DNA of 64,000 nt from Candidatus Zixiibacteriota bacterium (GCA_049290195.1 JBATNE010000040.1:10127-74126), one strand, 5' to 3'; counted from the stretch's first letter, positions 28,582 through 37,495 are shown. The notes: generated from the letters alone by a model not told the origin. Program-made: numbers and translations.

Positions 28582-30584
28582 GGACAAAAATTCTCACGCC
28601 TCAAGGCCTCAATGACTATCGCGATCAGATTATTGCATCGCGCGATTCGAACAAGATGTCGATAAGCGTCTGTGCCGGCACCGGGTGCCTGGCCTGCGGA
28701 TGTCAGGCGGTCGTCAATGCTCTCCGCAAAGAAATCGCAGCTGCCGGGCTCGAACATGAGGTCGACATCAAGACTACCGGATGCCATGGCTTTTGCGAAC
28801 GAGGTCCACTGCTGTTGATCAATCCGGAAGGCATCTTCTACCAGCGGGTCAAACCGGCTGACGTCAAGTTGATCGTTGATCAGACCGTCAGAGGCGGCCG
28901 ACTGGTGAACAAGCTGCTGTACCGAGATCCTCAAACAGGCGAAGTGATCAAACACGCCGAGGACATTCCGTTCTACAAGAAGCAAATGCGGCTGATCTTC
29001 GGTCGTAACGGCCAGATGGACCCCACGTCTATCGAGGATTACATCGCTCTGGGTGGCTATGGACCCGCGGCAAAGGCGCTGACCCGGATGCAACCGGAGT
29101 CAATTGTCGACCTGATTAAGAAGTCGGGCCTTCGCGGTAGAGGCGGCGGCGGCTTTCCGACCGGGCGCAAATGGGACCACTGTCGTCGGGCCGTCGGAAC
29201 GCCGAAGTATATCATCTGCAATGCCGACGAAGGTGACCCTGGAGCCTTTATGGACCGGTCGCTTCTTGAGGGCAATCCGCACTCCGTCATTGAAGGAATG
29301 ATCATCGGTGCCTATGCCATCGGCGGCAGCGAAGGGTTTGTTTATGTCCGCAACGAATACCCGCTTGCAGTCAAGAATTTGACTATCGCCCTGGAACAAG
29401 CTCATGATTGCGGCCTATTGGGCGACAACATCCTTGGCACGGGATTCAATTTTGACATAGAAGTCTCACGGGGAGGCGGAGCCTTTGTGTGTGGCGAATC
29501 AACCGCACTCATGGCTTCGCTGGAAGGGAAAATGGGGGAACCACGGGCCAAGTACATTCACACTGTCGAACAGGGGCTGTGGGACAAGCCGACCAACCTC
29601 AACAACGTAGAAACCTGGGCCAATGTCCCAATCATCTTGGATCGTGGCGCCGAGTGGTACTCATCGATCGGAACAGAGAATTCCAAGGGGACCAAAGTGT
29701 TCGCCCTGACCGGAAAGATCAACAACACCGGCCTGGTTGAAGTACCCATGGGAATCACGCTTCGGGAAATCCTGTACGATATCGGTGGTGGTGTCCCGGG
29801 GGGCAAGCGATTCAAAGCTGTCCAGACCGGGGGACCATCAGGTGGAACGCTGATTGTGGAAACCGGTGAAGTGGCCATTCATGATAGTATGGTGGCTCAT
29901 GGAGATATTAGGGAAGATGAAAAAGTTGAGAGTCTGCTGGATCTTCCGGTTGATTTCGATGAATTGACCCGTGCCGGCTCAATGATGGGTTCCGGCGGCA
30001 TGATCGTCATGGACAGCGATTCCTGCATGGTGGACGTAGCCAAATACTTCCTGAATTTCCTTCAGGAAGAAAGCTGCGGGAAATGCGTTCCCTGCCGCGA
30101 AGGGATCGTGGTCATGCTCAAGATACTCACCAAAGTGTCTGATGGAGAGGGAACCCTTGAGGATATCGGCTATCTCGAGCAGTTGTCTCAGGTGATCACC
30201 GATACCAGCCTTTGCCAGCTCGGCGGATCGGCACCGAATCCGGTTCTGTCGACTATCAGGTATTTCCGGCAGGAATATTTGGCCCATGTCCTGGATCATC
30301 GCTGCCCGGCAGGTGTCTGCAAGGCGCTGGTGTCGCATGCGATCGATGAATCCTGCACCGGATGCCACGCCTGCTACAAGTCGTGTCCGACACAGGCGAT
30401 TGTCGGAGAAGCCAAGAAACTTCACTACATCGTTCAGGATAAATGCATTCAGTGCGGTGCTTGCTATCAGATCTGCAAGTATGCCAGCATTAAGCGCGTG
30501 AAACGGGGCGAAGGAGAAGCAGTCCAGACGCGGGCAAAGGAACGCTGGTTGGCGCCATCAAAACCTGAACCGGTTGTCGCCTAG
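28578..30584 (+). CDS. NuoF/HoxF/HydB-like NAD(P)H- and FMN-binding subunit with an N-terminal [2Fe-2S] thioredoxin-like domain and a C-terminal 2x[4Fe-4S] ferredoxin domain
   Basis: GLRGRGGGGFPTGRKW, ICNADEGDPGAF, ESCGKCVPCREG, and C-terminal CTGCHACYKSCP / CIQCGACYQIC. The N-terminus reads VCAGTGCLACG..GCHGFCERGP. Confidence 0.88.
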   Translation: MRTKILTPQGLNDYRDQIIASRDSNKMSISVCAGTGCLACGCQAVVNALRKEIAAAGLEHEVDIKTTGCHGFCERGPLLLINPEGIFYQRVKPADVKLIVDQTVRGGRLVNKLLYRDPQTGEVIKHAEDIPFYKKQMRLIFGRNGQMDPTSIEDYIALGGYGPAAKALTRMQPESIVDLIKKSGLRGRGGGGFPTGRKWDHCRRAVGTPKYIICNADEGDPGAFMDRSLLEGNPHSVIEGMIIGAYAIGGSEGFVYVRNEYPLAVKNLTIALEQAHDCGLLGDNILGTGFNFDIEVSRGGGAFVCGESTALMASLEGKMGEPRAKYIHTVEQGLWDKPTNLNNVETWANVPIILDRGAEWYSSIGTENSKGTKVFALTGKINNTGLVEVPMGITLREILYDIGGGVPGGKRFKAVQTGGPSGGTLIVETGEVAIHDSMVAHGDIREDEKVESLLDLPVDFDELTRAGSMMGSGGMIVMDSDSCMVDVAKYFLNFLQEESCGKCVPCREGIVVMLKILTKVSDGEGTLEDIGYLEQLSQVITDTSLCQLGGSAPNPVLSTIRYFRQEYLAHVLDHRCPAGVCKALVSHAIDESCTGCHACYKSCPTQAIVGEAKKLHYIVQDKCIQCGACYQICKYASIKRVKRGEGEAVQTRAKERWLAPSKPEPVVA

Positions 30585-30594
30585 GAGAGTCAAT

Positions 30595-32352
30595 ATGCCA
30601 TTAGTCAAAATCAAAATAGACGGCCAGTCGGTAGAGGTGGAAGAAGGATCCTACGTCCTGGAAGCGGCCAGATCGCTGGGTGTAGATATTCCTACGCTGT
30701 GCTATTACCCGTACATGACCCCCTACGCGGCTTGCCGCATTTGCTGTGTCGAAGCGCGGGCCGGCAATGGCTGGAATAAGATCGTCACCGCCTGCAACTA
30801 TCCGGCGTGGGATGGCTTGGAGATCTGGACCGACACTCCCAGAGTGGTCAATGCAAGGCGCACCAATTTGGAGATGCTTATGGCCAATTGTGCGCCCGTA
30901 GCTGTTCTCCAAAACCTGGGTGAGCAACTCGGCATCAAAGAACCGAGATGGGGAACCGGAGACTACACCTGTATACTCTGTGGACTCTGCGTTCGCATCT
31001 GTGATGAAGTCGTAGGAGCGCATGCTCTCTCATTTGTCAATCGCGGATCGCAGCGCGATGTTTCGACACCTTTCGCTTTAGACTCCGACGCCTGCATTCT
31101 CTGCGGGGCATGCGCAAAGTTATGTCCGACCGGTTACATGAAAATGGAAGACATTGAGGACCGGGTACTGAATCACCGCGAACTCGACCTCAGTCCCAAC
31201 GCCGCAATAACCTTGCAGTTCAGGCAGGCAGTGCCCAATGTGCCGCGGATCTATCGGGAAAACTGCATTCACTTCAAGACCGGCCAATGCATGGTTTGCT
31301 CAAAGGTCTGTCCGAAAGAAGCTATTGCCTTTAATGTCTCGGACGAAATCGAAGAGATCGAAGTTGGCGCTGTCGTGATGGCGACTGGATTCGACAGCTT
31401 TGATCCAACCCCGATGAAGCAGTATGGCTACGGGACGCTCCCCAATGTGGTAACGGCCGAGGAATTCGAAATCATGAACAATGCCGCCGGACCGACCGGC
31501 GGAAAAGTGATCCTGGAAAACGGACGGGAACCCAAGTCCATTGCCATCCTGCACTGCATCGGGAGCCGCGACGAACACCACCACAAGTATTGCAGTCGCG
31601 TCTGCTGCATGTACGCGATGAAGTTTGCCCATCTCGTGACCGAGAAAACCAGCGCTGAAGTCTACCAGTTCTACATCGACATGCGGGCATACGGCAAGGG
31701 GTACGAGGAATTTTATCAGAGAATTCTCCATGAAGGCGTGAATGTTATCAGAGGGAAAGCCGCGGAAGTGGTCTCGACTACTTTCCAACGCAAAGCCGAA
31801 GGGCCGCTCTTGGTCCGGTGCGAAGATACTCTGATTGGCAAGTTCCGCGAAATTCCGGTCGATATGGTAATCCTCTGTACTGCGCTCCAGGCTCGCGCTG
31901 ACGCCAAGGAGGCGGGTCGGAAATTCAACATCTCCACCGGAGCCGATGGCTGGTTTATCGAGGCTCACCCGAAACTGGCGCCGGCGTCGACGACTACCGA
32001 CGGTGTATTTCTGGCCGGCGTCTGTCAGGGCGCCAAAGACATACCGGACTCAGTGGCTCAGGCCGGAGCGGCGGCTGCCCAGGCGATGAAACTTATGTGT
32101 CAGAAAGAAATCCTCATGGACGCCGCCTATGCGGAAATCCAGGATGAACTCTGCTCCGGGTGCAAAATCTGCAACGATATGTGCCCGTATACGGCCATTT
32201 CGTTTGTCGAAGACAAGAAGATCAGCCACATCAATTCCTCACTGTGCAAAGCGTGTGGCACATGTGTGGCGGCATGTCCGTCAGGTGCGATCAAGGGGAG
32301 GCATTTCACCGATGATCAGATATACGCGCAAATCGAAGGGATGCTGGCATGA
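30595..32352 (+). CDS. hdrA: Fusion of a HoxU/NuoG-N-terminal-like [2Fe-2S]+2x[4Fe-4S] module to the HdrA C-terminal half (rest of the FAD fold plus C-terminal ferredoxin domain)
   Basis: The N-terminus reads MPLVKIKIDGQSVEV..LCYYPYMTPYAACRICCVE..CNYP, then CILCGLCVRIC and CILCGACAKLCP. HdrA-type motifs follow: EVGAVVMATGFDSFDP, CIGSRDE..YCSRVCCMYAMK, YIDMRAYGKGYEEFY, GVFLAGVCQGAKDIPDSVAQ, CSGCKICNDMCP and CKACGTCVAACP. I prefer the start at ATG 30595 (SD AGGAG) over 30574. Confidence 0.85.
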   Translation: MPLVKIKIDGQSVEVEEGSYVLEAARSLGVDIPTLCYYPYMTPYAACRICCVEARAGNGWNKIVTACNYPAWDGLEIWTDTPRVVNARRTNLEMLMANCAPVAVLQNLGEQLGIKEPRWGTGDYTCILCGLCVRICDEVVGAHALSFVNRGSQRDVSTPFALDSDACILCGACAKLCPTGYMKMEDIEDRVLNHRELDLSPNAAITLQFRQAVPNVPRIYRENCIHFKTGQCMVCSKVCPKEAIAFNVSDEIEEIEVGAVVMATGFDSFDPTPMKQYGYGTLPNVVTAEEFEIMNNAAGPTGGKVILENGREPKSIAILHCIGSRDEHHHKYCSRVCCMYAMKFAHLVTEKTSAEVYQFYIDMRAYGKGYEEFYQRILHEGVNVIRGKAAEVVSTTFQRKAEGPLLVRCEDTLIGKFREIPVDMVILCTALQARADAKEAGRKFNISTGADGWFIEAHPKLAPASTTTDGVFLAGVCQGAKDIPDSVAQAGAAAAQAMKLMCQKEILMDAAYAEIQDELCSGCKICNDMCPYTAISFVEDKKISHINSSLCKACGTCVAACPSGAIKGRHFTDDQIYAQIEGMLA

Positions 32353-32807
32353 GCTTTGAACCTCGCATCATAGGGTTTCTGTGCAACTGGTGCAGTTACA
32401 CAGGCGCTGACTTGGCCGGAACATCGCGAATGAAGTATCCGGCCAATGTCCATACAATTCGCGTCATGTGCAGCGGACGCGTCGACCCGGGATTCATCCT
32501 CGACTCGTTCAGAAATGGCGCCGATGGCGTTCTCGTGTGTGGATGCCATCCGGGCGACTGCCACTATGTCGAGGGAAACTATAAGTGCCTCCGTCGAATA
32601 CCGATGACGGCAAAAATCGTCGAGGGAATGGGGATTGACAAGCGGCGCCTTCGGCTGGAGTGGGTCTCAGCTTCAGAAGGAGCGCGATACCAGCAGGTCG
32701 TGTCAGAATTCACCGAGCAGATTCGTGCTCTGGGTCCATTTCGGTTGACCGATTGGGCATTTGATCCTTCCAGGGAACTTGCCCACGCTCGTGGGGAGAA
32801 GGAGTAA
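32349..32807 (+). CDS. mvhD: MvhD/FlpD-like hydrogenase delta subunit ([2Fe-2S])
   Basis: IIGFLCNWCSYTGADLAG...VMCSGRVDP..GADGVLVCGCHPGDCHY. Confidence 0.88.
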   Translation: MSFEPRIIGFLCNWCSYTGADLAGTSRMKYPANVHTIRVMCSGRVDPGFILDSFRNGADGVLVCGCHPGDCHYVEGNYKCLRRIPMTAKIVEGMGIDKRRLRLEWVSASEGARYQQVVSEFTEQIRALGPFRLTDWAFDPSRELAHARGEKE

Positions 32808-32810
32808 ATC

Positions 32811-33782
32811 ATGGCAAAGCCTAAACTGGCGATCTATTGGGCGGCATCGTGCGGCGGCTGTGATATCGCCATTCTGGACATAGAAGAGAAGATTCTGGAT
32901 GTCGCCAATTTCTTTGATATCGTCCTCTGGCCCTGTGCGACGGACTTTAAGTACGACGATGTCCGCAAGATGGAAGACAAGTCCATCACCCTGACACTTT
33001 TCAACGGTGCTATCAGAAGCGACGAGAACTACGAGATAGCCGAACTGCTTCGCCGCAAGTCGGTGGTACTGTGTGCGTTTGGAAGCTGCGCATCCGAAGG
33101 CTGCATACCCGGATTGGCCAATTTCTATACCAAACAGGGAATCATGGAATATGCCTACAAGCAGTCTCCATCGACCGTCAACCCCGAAGGTGTCATGCCC
33201 CAGACTTCGGTGCAGGTCCCTGAAGGAAAGTTGACTATTCCCAATCTCTGGAACACCGTCCGCACCCTTCCTCAGGTAGTCGACGTTGACTATATCATTC
33301 CGGGATGTCCACCCCAGTCAGACCAAATTGCTGCCGTAATTTCCGCGGTAATAGACATTCTGCAAAACGGGAAACCGCTTCCCCCAAAGGGAACGGTACT
33401 CGGGGCATCGGAAAAGAGCTGCTGCGACGAATGCACTCGCAAGCGAGATGTGAAGAAAATCAAGAAGTTCATTCGCCCGTTTGAAAAGGTGAGTGATCCG
33501 GAAATCTGCTTGATGGAGCAGGGAATGGTCTGCCTTGGTCCGGCTACTCGAGCCGGCTGCGGAGCAAAGTGCGTCGGAGCGGGAGTGCCGTGTCGCGGAT
33601 GCTATGGTGCCCCAAGCAACGTACACGATCAGGGAGCCAAAATGGCGTCAGCGATCGGCAGCGTCATTGACTCAGTTGATCCCAGGGAGATTGATGAGAT
33701 TATCGCGACTATCGCCGACCCGCTCGGGACCTTTTACCGCTTCAGTCTTCCGGATTCGATGCTTCGGAGGGTACAGTCATGA
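32811..33782 (+). CDS. mvhG: [NiFe] hydrogenase small subunit, cytosolic group 3 type (MvhG-like)
   Basis: KLAIYWAASCGGCDIAILD (proximal cluster motif), GSCASEGCIPG, PGCPP, and C-terminal Cys clusters. No Tat signal. Confidence 0.85.
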   Translation: MAKPKLAIYWAASCGGCDIAILDIEEKILDVANFFDIVLWPCATDFKYDDVRKMEDKSITLTLFNGAIRSDENYEIAELLRRKSVVLCAFGSCASEGCIPGLANFYTKQGIMEYAYKQSPSTVNPEGVMPQTSVQVPEGKLTIPNLWNTVRTLPQVVDVDYIIPGCPPQSDQIAAVISAVIDILQNGKPLPPKGTVLGASEKSCCDECTRKRDVKKIKKFIRPFEKVSDPEICLMEQGMVCLGPATRAGCGAKCVGAGVPCRGCYGAPSNVHDQGAKMASAIGSVIDSVDPREIDEIIATIADPLGTFYRFSLPDSMLRRVQS

Positions 33783-35260
33783 AACAGATTCTGATTGATC
33801 CGATTACCCGCCTCGAGGGGCACGGCAAGATACACCTGTTCATCAACGATGACGGAAGTCTGGCCAATTGCTACTTTCAAGTTCCTGAATTGCGGGGATT
33901 CGAAAAATTCTGCCAGGGACGACCGGTCGAGGAACTGGCGCGCATAACCACCAGAATTTGCGGTGTCTGTCCCGACGCTCACCATATGGCGGCGGCAAAG
34001 GCGGCCGACGCCGTTTACGGAGTTACCATTCCACCGGCGGCCAGAAAACTCCGCGAACTCATGTACAATGCGTTCTATGCCGGTGACCATTGTACGCACT
34101 TCTATGCTCTCGGTGGCCCGGATTTCGTCTGCGGACCTGATGCACCGGCGGCAGAACGGAACATCCTCGGAGTCATTGCCAAAGTCGGTATCGACGCCGG
34201 CAAGAAGGTAATTGCTCATCGAGCCCGCGGCCAGCGGGTGATTGAAATTATCGGCGGCAAAAAGGTTCATCCGGTGACGTCGATTCCCGGCGGTCTCTCC
34301 AAGAGAATCACCAAGGAAGAACAGCAGGAGATCATCAAGATCGGTGAGGAAATGGTCGAATTTGCCAAGTTCACCATTCAGGTCTTGAATGACGTCGTGC
34401 TGGCGAATAAGGCGTACGTCGACATGATTCTCTCTGACGCTTATGCACACAAAACCTATAACATGGGACTGGTTGACAGTAACGGCAAAGTGACCTTCTA
34501 CGACGGTATGGTCCACGTGACCGACCCCGAAGGCGCAGACTTTGAGTCTTACGAGGCAAAGGACTATTTGAATCATGTTGCGGAGCACGTCGAGCCGTAC
34601 AGCTATCTAAAGTATCCTTATCTCAAGAATGTAGGGTGGAAGGGATTTGTCGACGGCAAGGATTCAGGCGTGTACAAGGCGACACCTCTGGCGCGGTTAA
34701 ATGTCTCCAACGGCATGGCCACTCCGCTGGCTCAGGCTGAGTATGAGCGCTTCTACGAGACGCTGACCGGTGAGCGCTCCGGCAAGAAGCCGGTCCACTC
34801 AACGCTCGCCACCCATTGGGCGCGCGTAGTCGAGCTGATGTTCGCCTGCGAGGCAACGCTTCAGCAGGCCAAAGACGACGAAATCACTTCGGACCATGTC
34901 CTCAACGTTCCGACAGGCATTGTTGGCGAGGGGGTTGGTATTGTCGAGGCACCGCGAGGAACGCTCACACATCATTACAAGACCGACAAGAACGGAATTG
35001 TAACCGAGGCGAACCTGATCGTCGGGACTACCAATAATAATGCCCCGATCACGATGTCGATCAAAAAGGCAGCTGAAGGAGTGATCAAGAAAGGGACGAA
35101 GATCACCGACGGTATGCTGAACCGGATCGAAATGGCTTTCCGCGCCTACGACCCCTGCTTCGGCTGTGCCACGCACACTCTGCCCGGCGAGATGCCGCTT
35201 GAGTTGGTGATGCACGATGCTGCTTCAGGTGATATTGTAGATTCCGTCCGGAGAGGCTGA
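33779..35260 (+). CDS. mvhA: [NiFe] hydrogenase large subunit, cytosolic group 3 (MvhA-like)
   Basis: N-terminal RLEGHGKI, L1 motif RICGVCPDAHH, and L2 motif DPCFGCATH followed by a C-terminal extension that would be cleaved by an endopeptidase. Confidence 0.9.
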   Translation: MKQILIDPITRLEGHGKIHLFINDDGSLANCYFQVPELRGFEKFCQGRPVEELARITTRICGVCPDAHHMAAAKAADAVYGVTIPPAARKLRELMYNAFYAGDHCTHFYALGGPDFVCGPDAPAAERNILGVIAKVGIDAGKKVIAHRARGQRVIEIIGGKKVHPVTSIPGGLSKRITKEEQQEIIKIGEEMVEFAKFTIQVLNDVVLANKAYVDMILSDAYAHKTYNMGLVDSNGKVTFYDGMVHVTDPEGADFESYEAKDYLNHVAEHVEPYSYLKYPYLKNVGWKGFVDGKDSGVYKATPLARLNVSNGMATPLAQAEYERFYETLTGERSGKKPVHSTLATHWARVVELMFACEATLQQAKDDEITSDHVLNVPTGIVGEGVGIVEAPRGTLTHHYKTDKNGIVTEANLIVGTTNNNAPITMSIKKAAEGVIKKGTKITDGMLNRIEMAFRAYDPCFGCATHTLPGEMPLELVMHDAASGDIVDSVRRG

Positions 35261-35772
35261 TGAAGCCAATTCTGGTTCTGTGCCTCGGCAACGAGGTATT
35301 GAGTGATGACTCCTTCGGCTATCACGTACACAATCGACTGAGGGAGTCGTTTCAATCATCCGAGACTGCGGATATTGAGTTTTCTTCAATCGCAGGATTC
35401 ACTCTTATCGACGTCTTGCAGGAAAGACGTCACGTGTTAATCGTAGACGCCATCTCCACCGGTGCAAAGGCGGGGTTACTGCACTTCTTTGAAGCGAGTT
35501 TGCTGACACCGTCGCGGCACCTCGTTAATAGTCATCAGATCAGCCTGCCATCGGCAATTAGTCTGGGCATTCAATTTGGATTGGATATGCCGGAGCGCAT
35601 AGATGTATTAGCGGTGGAAGCACAGGATATCGAAACATTATCCGAGTCAATGACGCTCCCCGTCGCACATGCACTTGGAGAAGCGTGTGATCGTGTTCTC
35701 CAATGGGTAAACGGGCGTTCGCAGGAACTTACCAGTCCACCCATGCTGCCTGAAGCAATTCTATCGCACTGA
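35260..35772 (+). CDS. Hydrogenase maturation endopeptidase (HycI/HoxW/FrxA family)
   Basis: VLCLGNEVLSDDSFGYHV and DAISTG motifs. The start overlaps the mvhA stop (TGATG). Confidence 0.8.
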   Translation: MKPILVLCLGNEVLSDDSFGYHVHNRLRESFQSSETADIEFSSIAGFTLIDVLQERRHVLIVDAISTGAKAGLLHFFEASLLTPSRHLVNSHQISLPSAISLGIQFGLDMPERIDVLAVEAQDIETLSESMTLPVAHALGEACDRVLQWVNGRSQELTSPPMLPEAILSH

Positions 35773-35777
35773 ATTCG

Positions 35778-37469
35778 CTAGCGGCCAGCCGGAAACAGCT
35801 GCTGCAACGCCCGACCATCCATATCTCTGAGACCAATCTGCACACCAAGTAATCGGGCGAGCGTCGGTGCCAGATCTATTGTCATGATGTGGTCGGTGTT
35901 CCGCCCGGATGTCGTGTGGCAGAGGAAGAGAATCGGAACGTTGGTATCGTATGAATACGGCGTCCCGTGCGATGTGCCAAATTTCGATGATCCCGGCAAG
36001 GCGTATTCCGGATATCTGAGATAGATGTCCGGTCCACGGAGCGGGTGGAACGAATTGCGAAATTGCTCGAAATACAGTCGACCGGCTCCGCCACCCGACT
36101 GAAGTTCATCCCGGGTAAAGGCATCGGCGATGTAGGGAAGGTGCCGAATTCTTGCGGCTACTATCTGCTGCAAGTCGGGGTCACTCATCCCCTTCTTGCG
36201 CGCGCCGTCATAGGACAAGTGAACGTCGTAGCTGGCATCGGCAACGGGATTTCCTTCCAGCTTGAAATCCGCCTGTATTTGTACTCCAATGGCGCGGATA
36301 TCCCGAGTTATCGAGTCAATCGGCAGCCTCTTTGACGCAATGCCCTGGTTCTGAAGATCTTCGGGTAAGGGCAAGATGCCATGATCTGAGGACATAGCGA
36401 TGCAGTATTTATTCGCTCCGACCGTCTGGTCCAGATAGGTCAGAAACGTGTCGAGGTACTTATCCAGCCTGAGATAGTAGTCCTGAATCTCCCAGCTATT
36501 TGGTCCGTAGGTATGGCCGATAGCATCGGCAGCCGAACAGCTGATGCACAGGAGATCTGGTACGGTGTCGAGACCCAACTCTGCATGGGCAATGACTGTC
36601 CGAGCCAAATCCAGCAGGAGGCCGTCGGCGAACGGAGTTCCATAGAATGCTCCGAAGTAGTTCTTGTCGGGCACGCCGGTGGCAGTGTCAAACAAGTGCG
36701 GAAAGGTCGTGTGGACGCCGTCGTTTTCCGAAGGAAACTTGTCCGCATGCGAGAGATGATATGCTGAGTCAGGCAGAAGGAGCGTCCACCCTTTTCGATA
36801 ATTGAGCGTAACTGCACCGGATGAATTGAATGAGTCCAGCCAGGCCGGAACCGACGCCATGTAGTATTCCGACGAAACAAACCTGCCTGTTGAACGGCTG
36901 TACCAAAATGCTGCATCCGGATGTTGGCCACCCAGCAGAATCGAAGCTCGGTCCTTCAGGGCCACCGAGTATACTCGGGTCGTGGGCCGCAGCTTCTTCA
37001 TCCAGTCACCGAGCGCCAATCCGATGAGTCGTCTTGGTGATCGGCCGACTGCTGCAGTGTCTCCCAATATGTGTGAGGCGCTATCCTCGCACGAATAAAC
37101 CACTCGCCTGTCTTCTCGGTCGTACCAGTCATTCCCGATCACGCCGTTGTGCATCGGATAGCGGCCGGTGGAAAGGGTGGCATGACCAACTGACGTTTCA
37201 GTGGCGGCGTGATCGTGATATGCGTTTGAAAACAGCAGACCATCCCTCAGTAGACGCGCCAATCCTCCGGTAAACTGACCCGAGAATCGCGCGAGATAGT
37301 CGGGCACCATCTGGTCGATTACGAGAATTATGCCGAGTCGGGCGGATGGTGCAACGGCTCTCGTGGTATCTTGGGGGGCGGCTACACTTGCGATGGGGAG
37401 TAGTGTAAGTCCGAGGACTGAGAGCGTTGCGAGAAGACAAACGGTGCTCGCTCTCTTTGCGCTAGTCAT
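35778..37469 (-). CDS. Secreted alkaline-phosphatase-superfamily enzyme (nucleotide pyrophosphatase/phosphodiesterase type)
   Basis: Signal peptide (LLATLSVLGLTLLPIASVAA). Metal site GIILVIDQM, nucleophile region AATETSVGHATLSTG, ..DAIGHTYGP.., SSDHG. Confidence 0.75.
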   Translation of the reverse strand: MTSAKRASTVCLLATLSVLGLTLLPIASVAAPQDTTRAVAPSARLGIILVIDQMVPDYLARFSGQFTGGLARLLRDGLLFSNAYHDHAATETSVGHATLSTGRYPMHNGVIGNDWYDREDRRVVYSCEDSASHILGDTAAVGRSPRRLIGLALGDWMKKLRPTTRVYSVALKDRASILLGGQHPDAAFWYSRSTGRFVSSEYYMASVPAWLDSFNSSGAVTLNYRKGWTLLLPDSAYHLSHADKFPSENDGVHTTFPHLFDTATGVPDKNYFGAFYGTPFADGLLLDLARTVIAHAELGLDTVPDLLCISCSAADAIGHTYGPNSWEIQDYYLRLDKYLDTFLTYLDQTVGANKYCIAMSSDHGILPLPEDLQNQGIASKRLPIDSITRDIRAIGVQIQADFKLEGNPVADASYDVHLSYDGARKKGMSDPDLQQIVAARIRHLPYIADAFTRDELQSGGGAGRLYFEQFRNSFHPLRGPDIYLRYPEYALPGSSKFGTSHGTPYSYDTNVPILFLCHTTSGRNTDHIMTIDLAPTLARLLGVQIGLRDMDGRALQQLFPAGR

Positions 37470-37495
37470 GGCAATTACCTCATTATTCGAGCCGG

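Noticed and set aside
33734-34588. 284-aa minus-strand ORF, plus similar antisense ORFs at 42880-43725, 18553-19236, 11774-12475, 27892-28551 and 28491-29093
   Set aside because: All are shadow ORFs opposite genes with strong family motifs. None has its own motifs or plausible starts.
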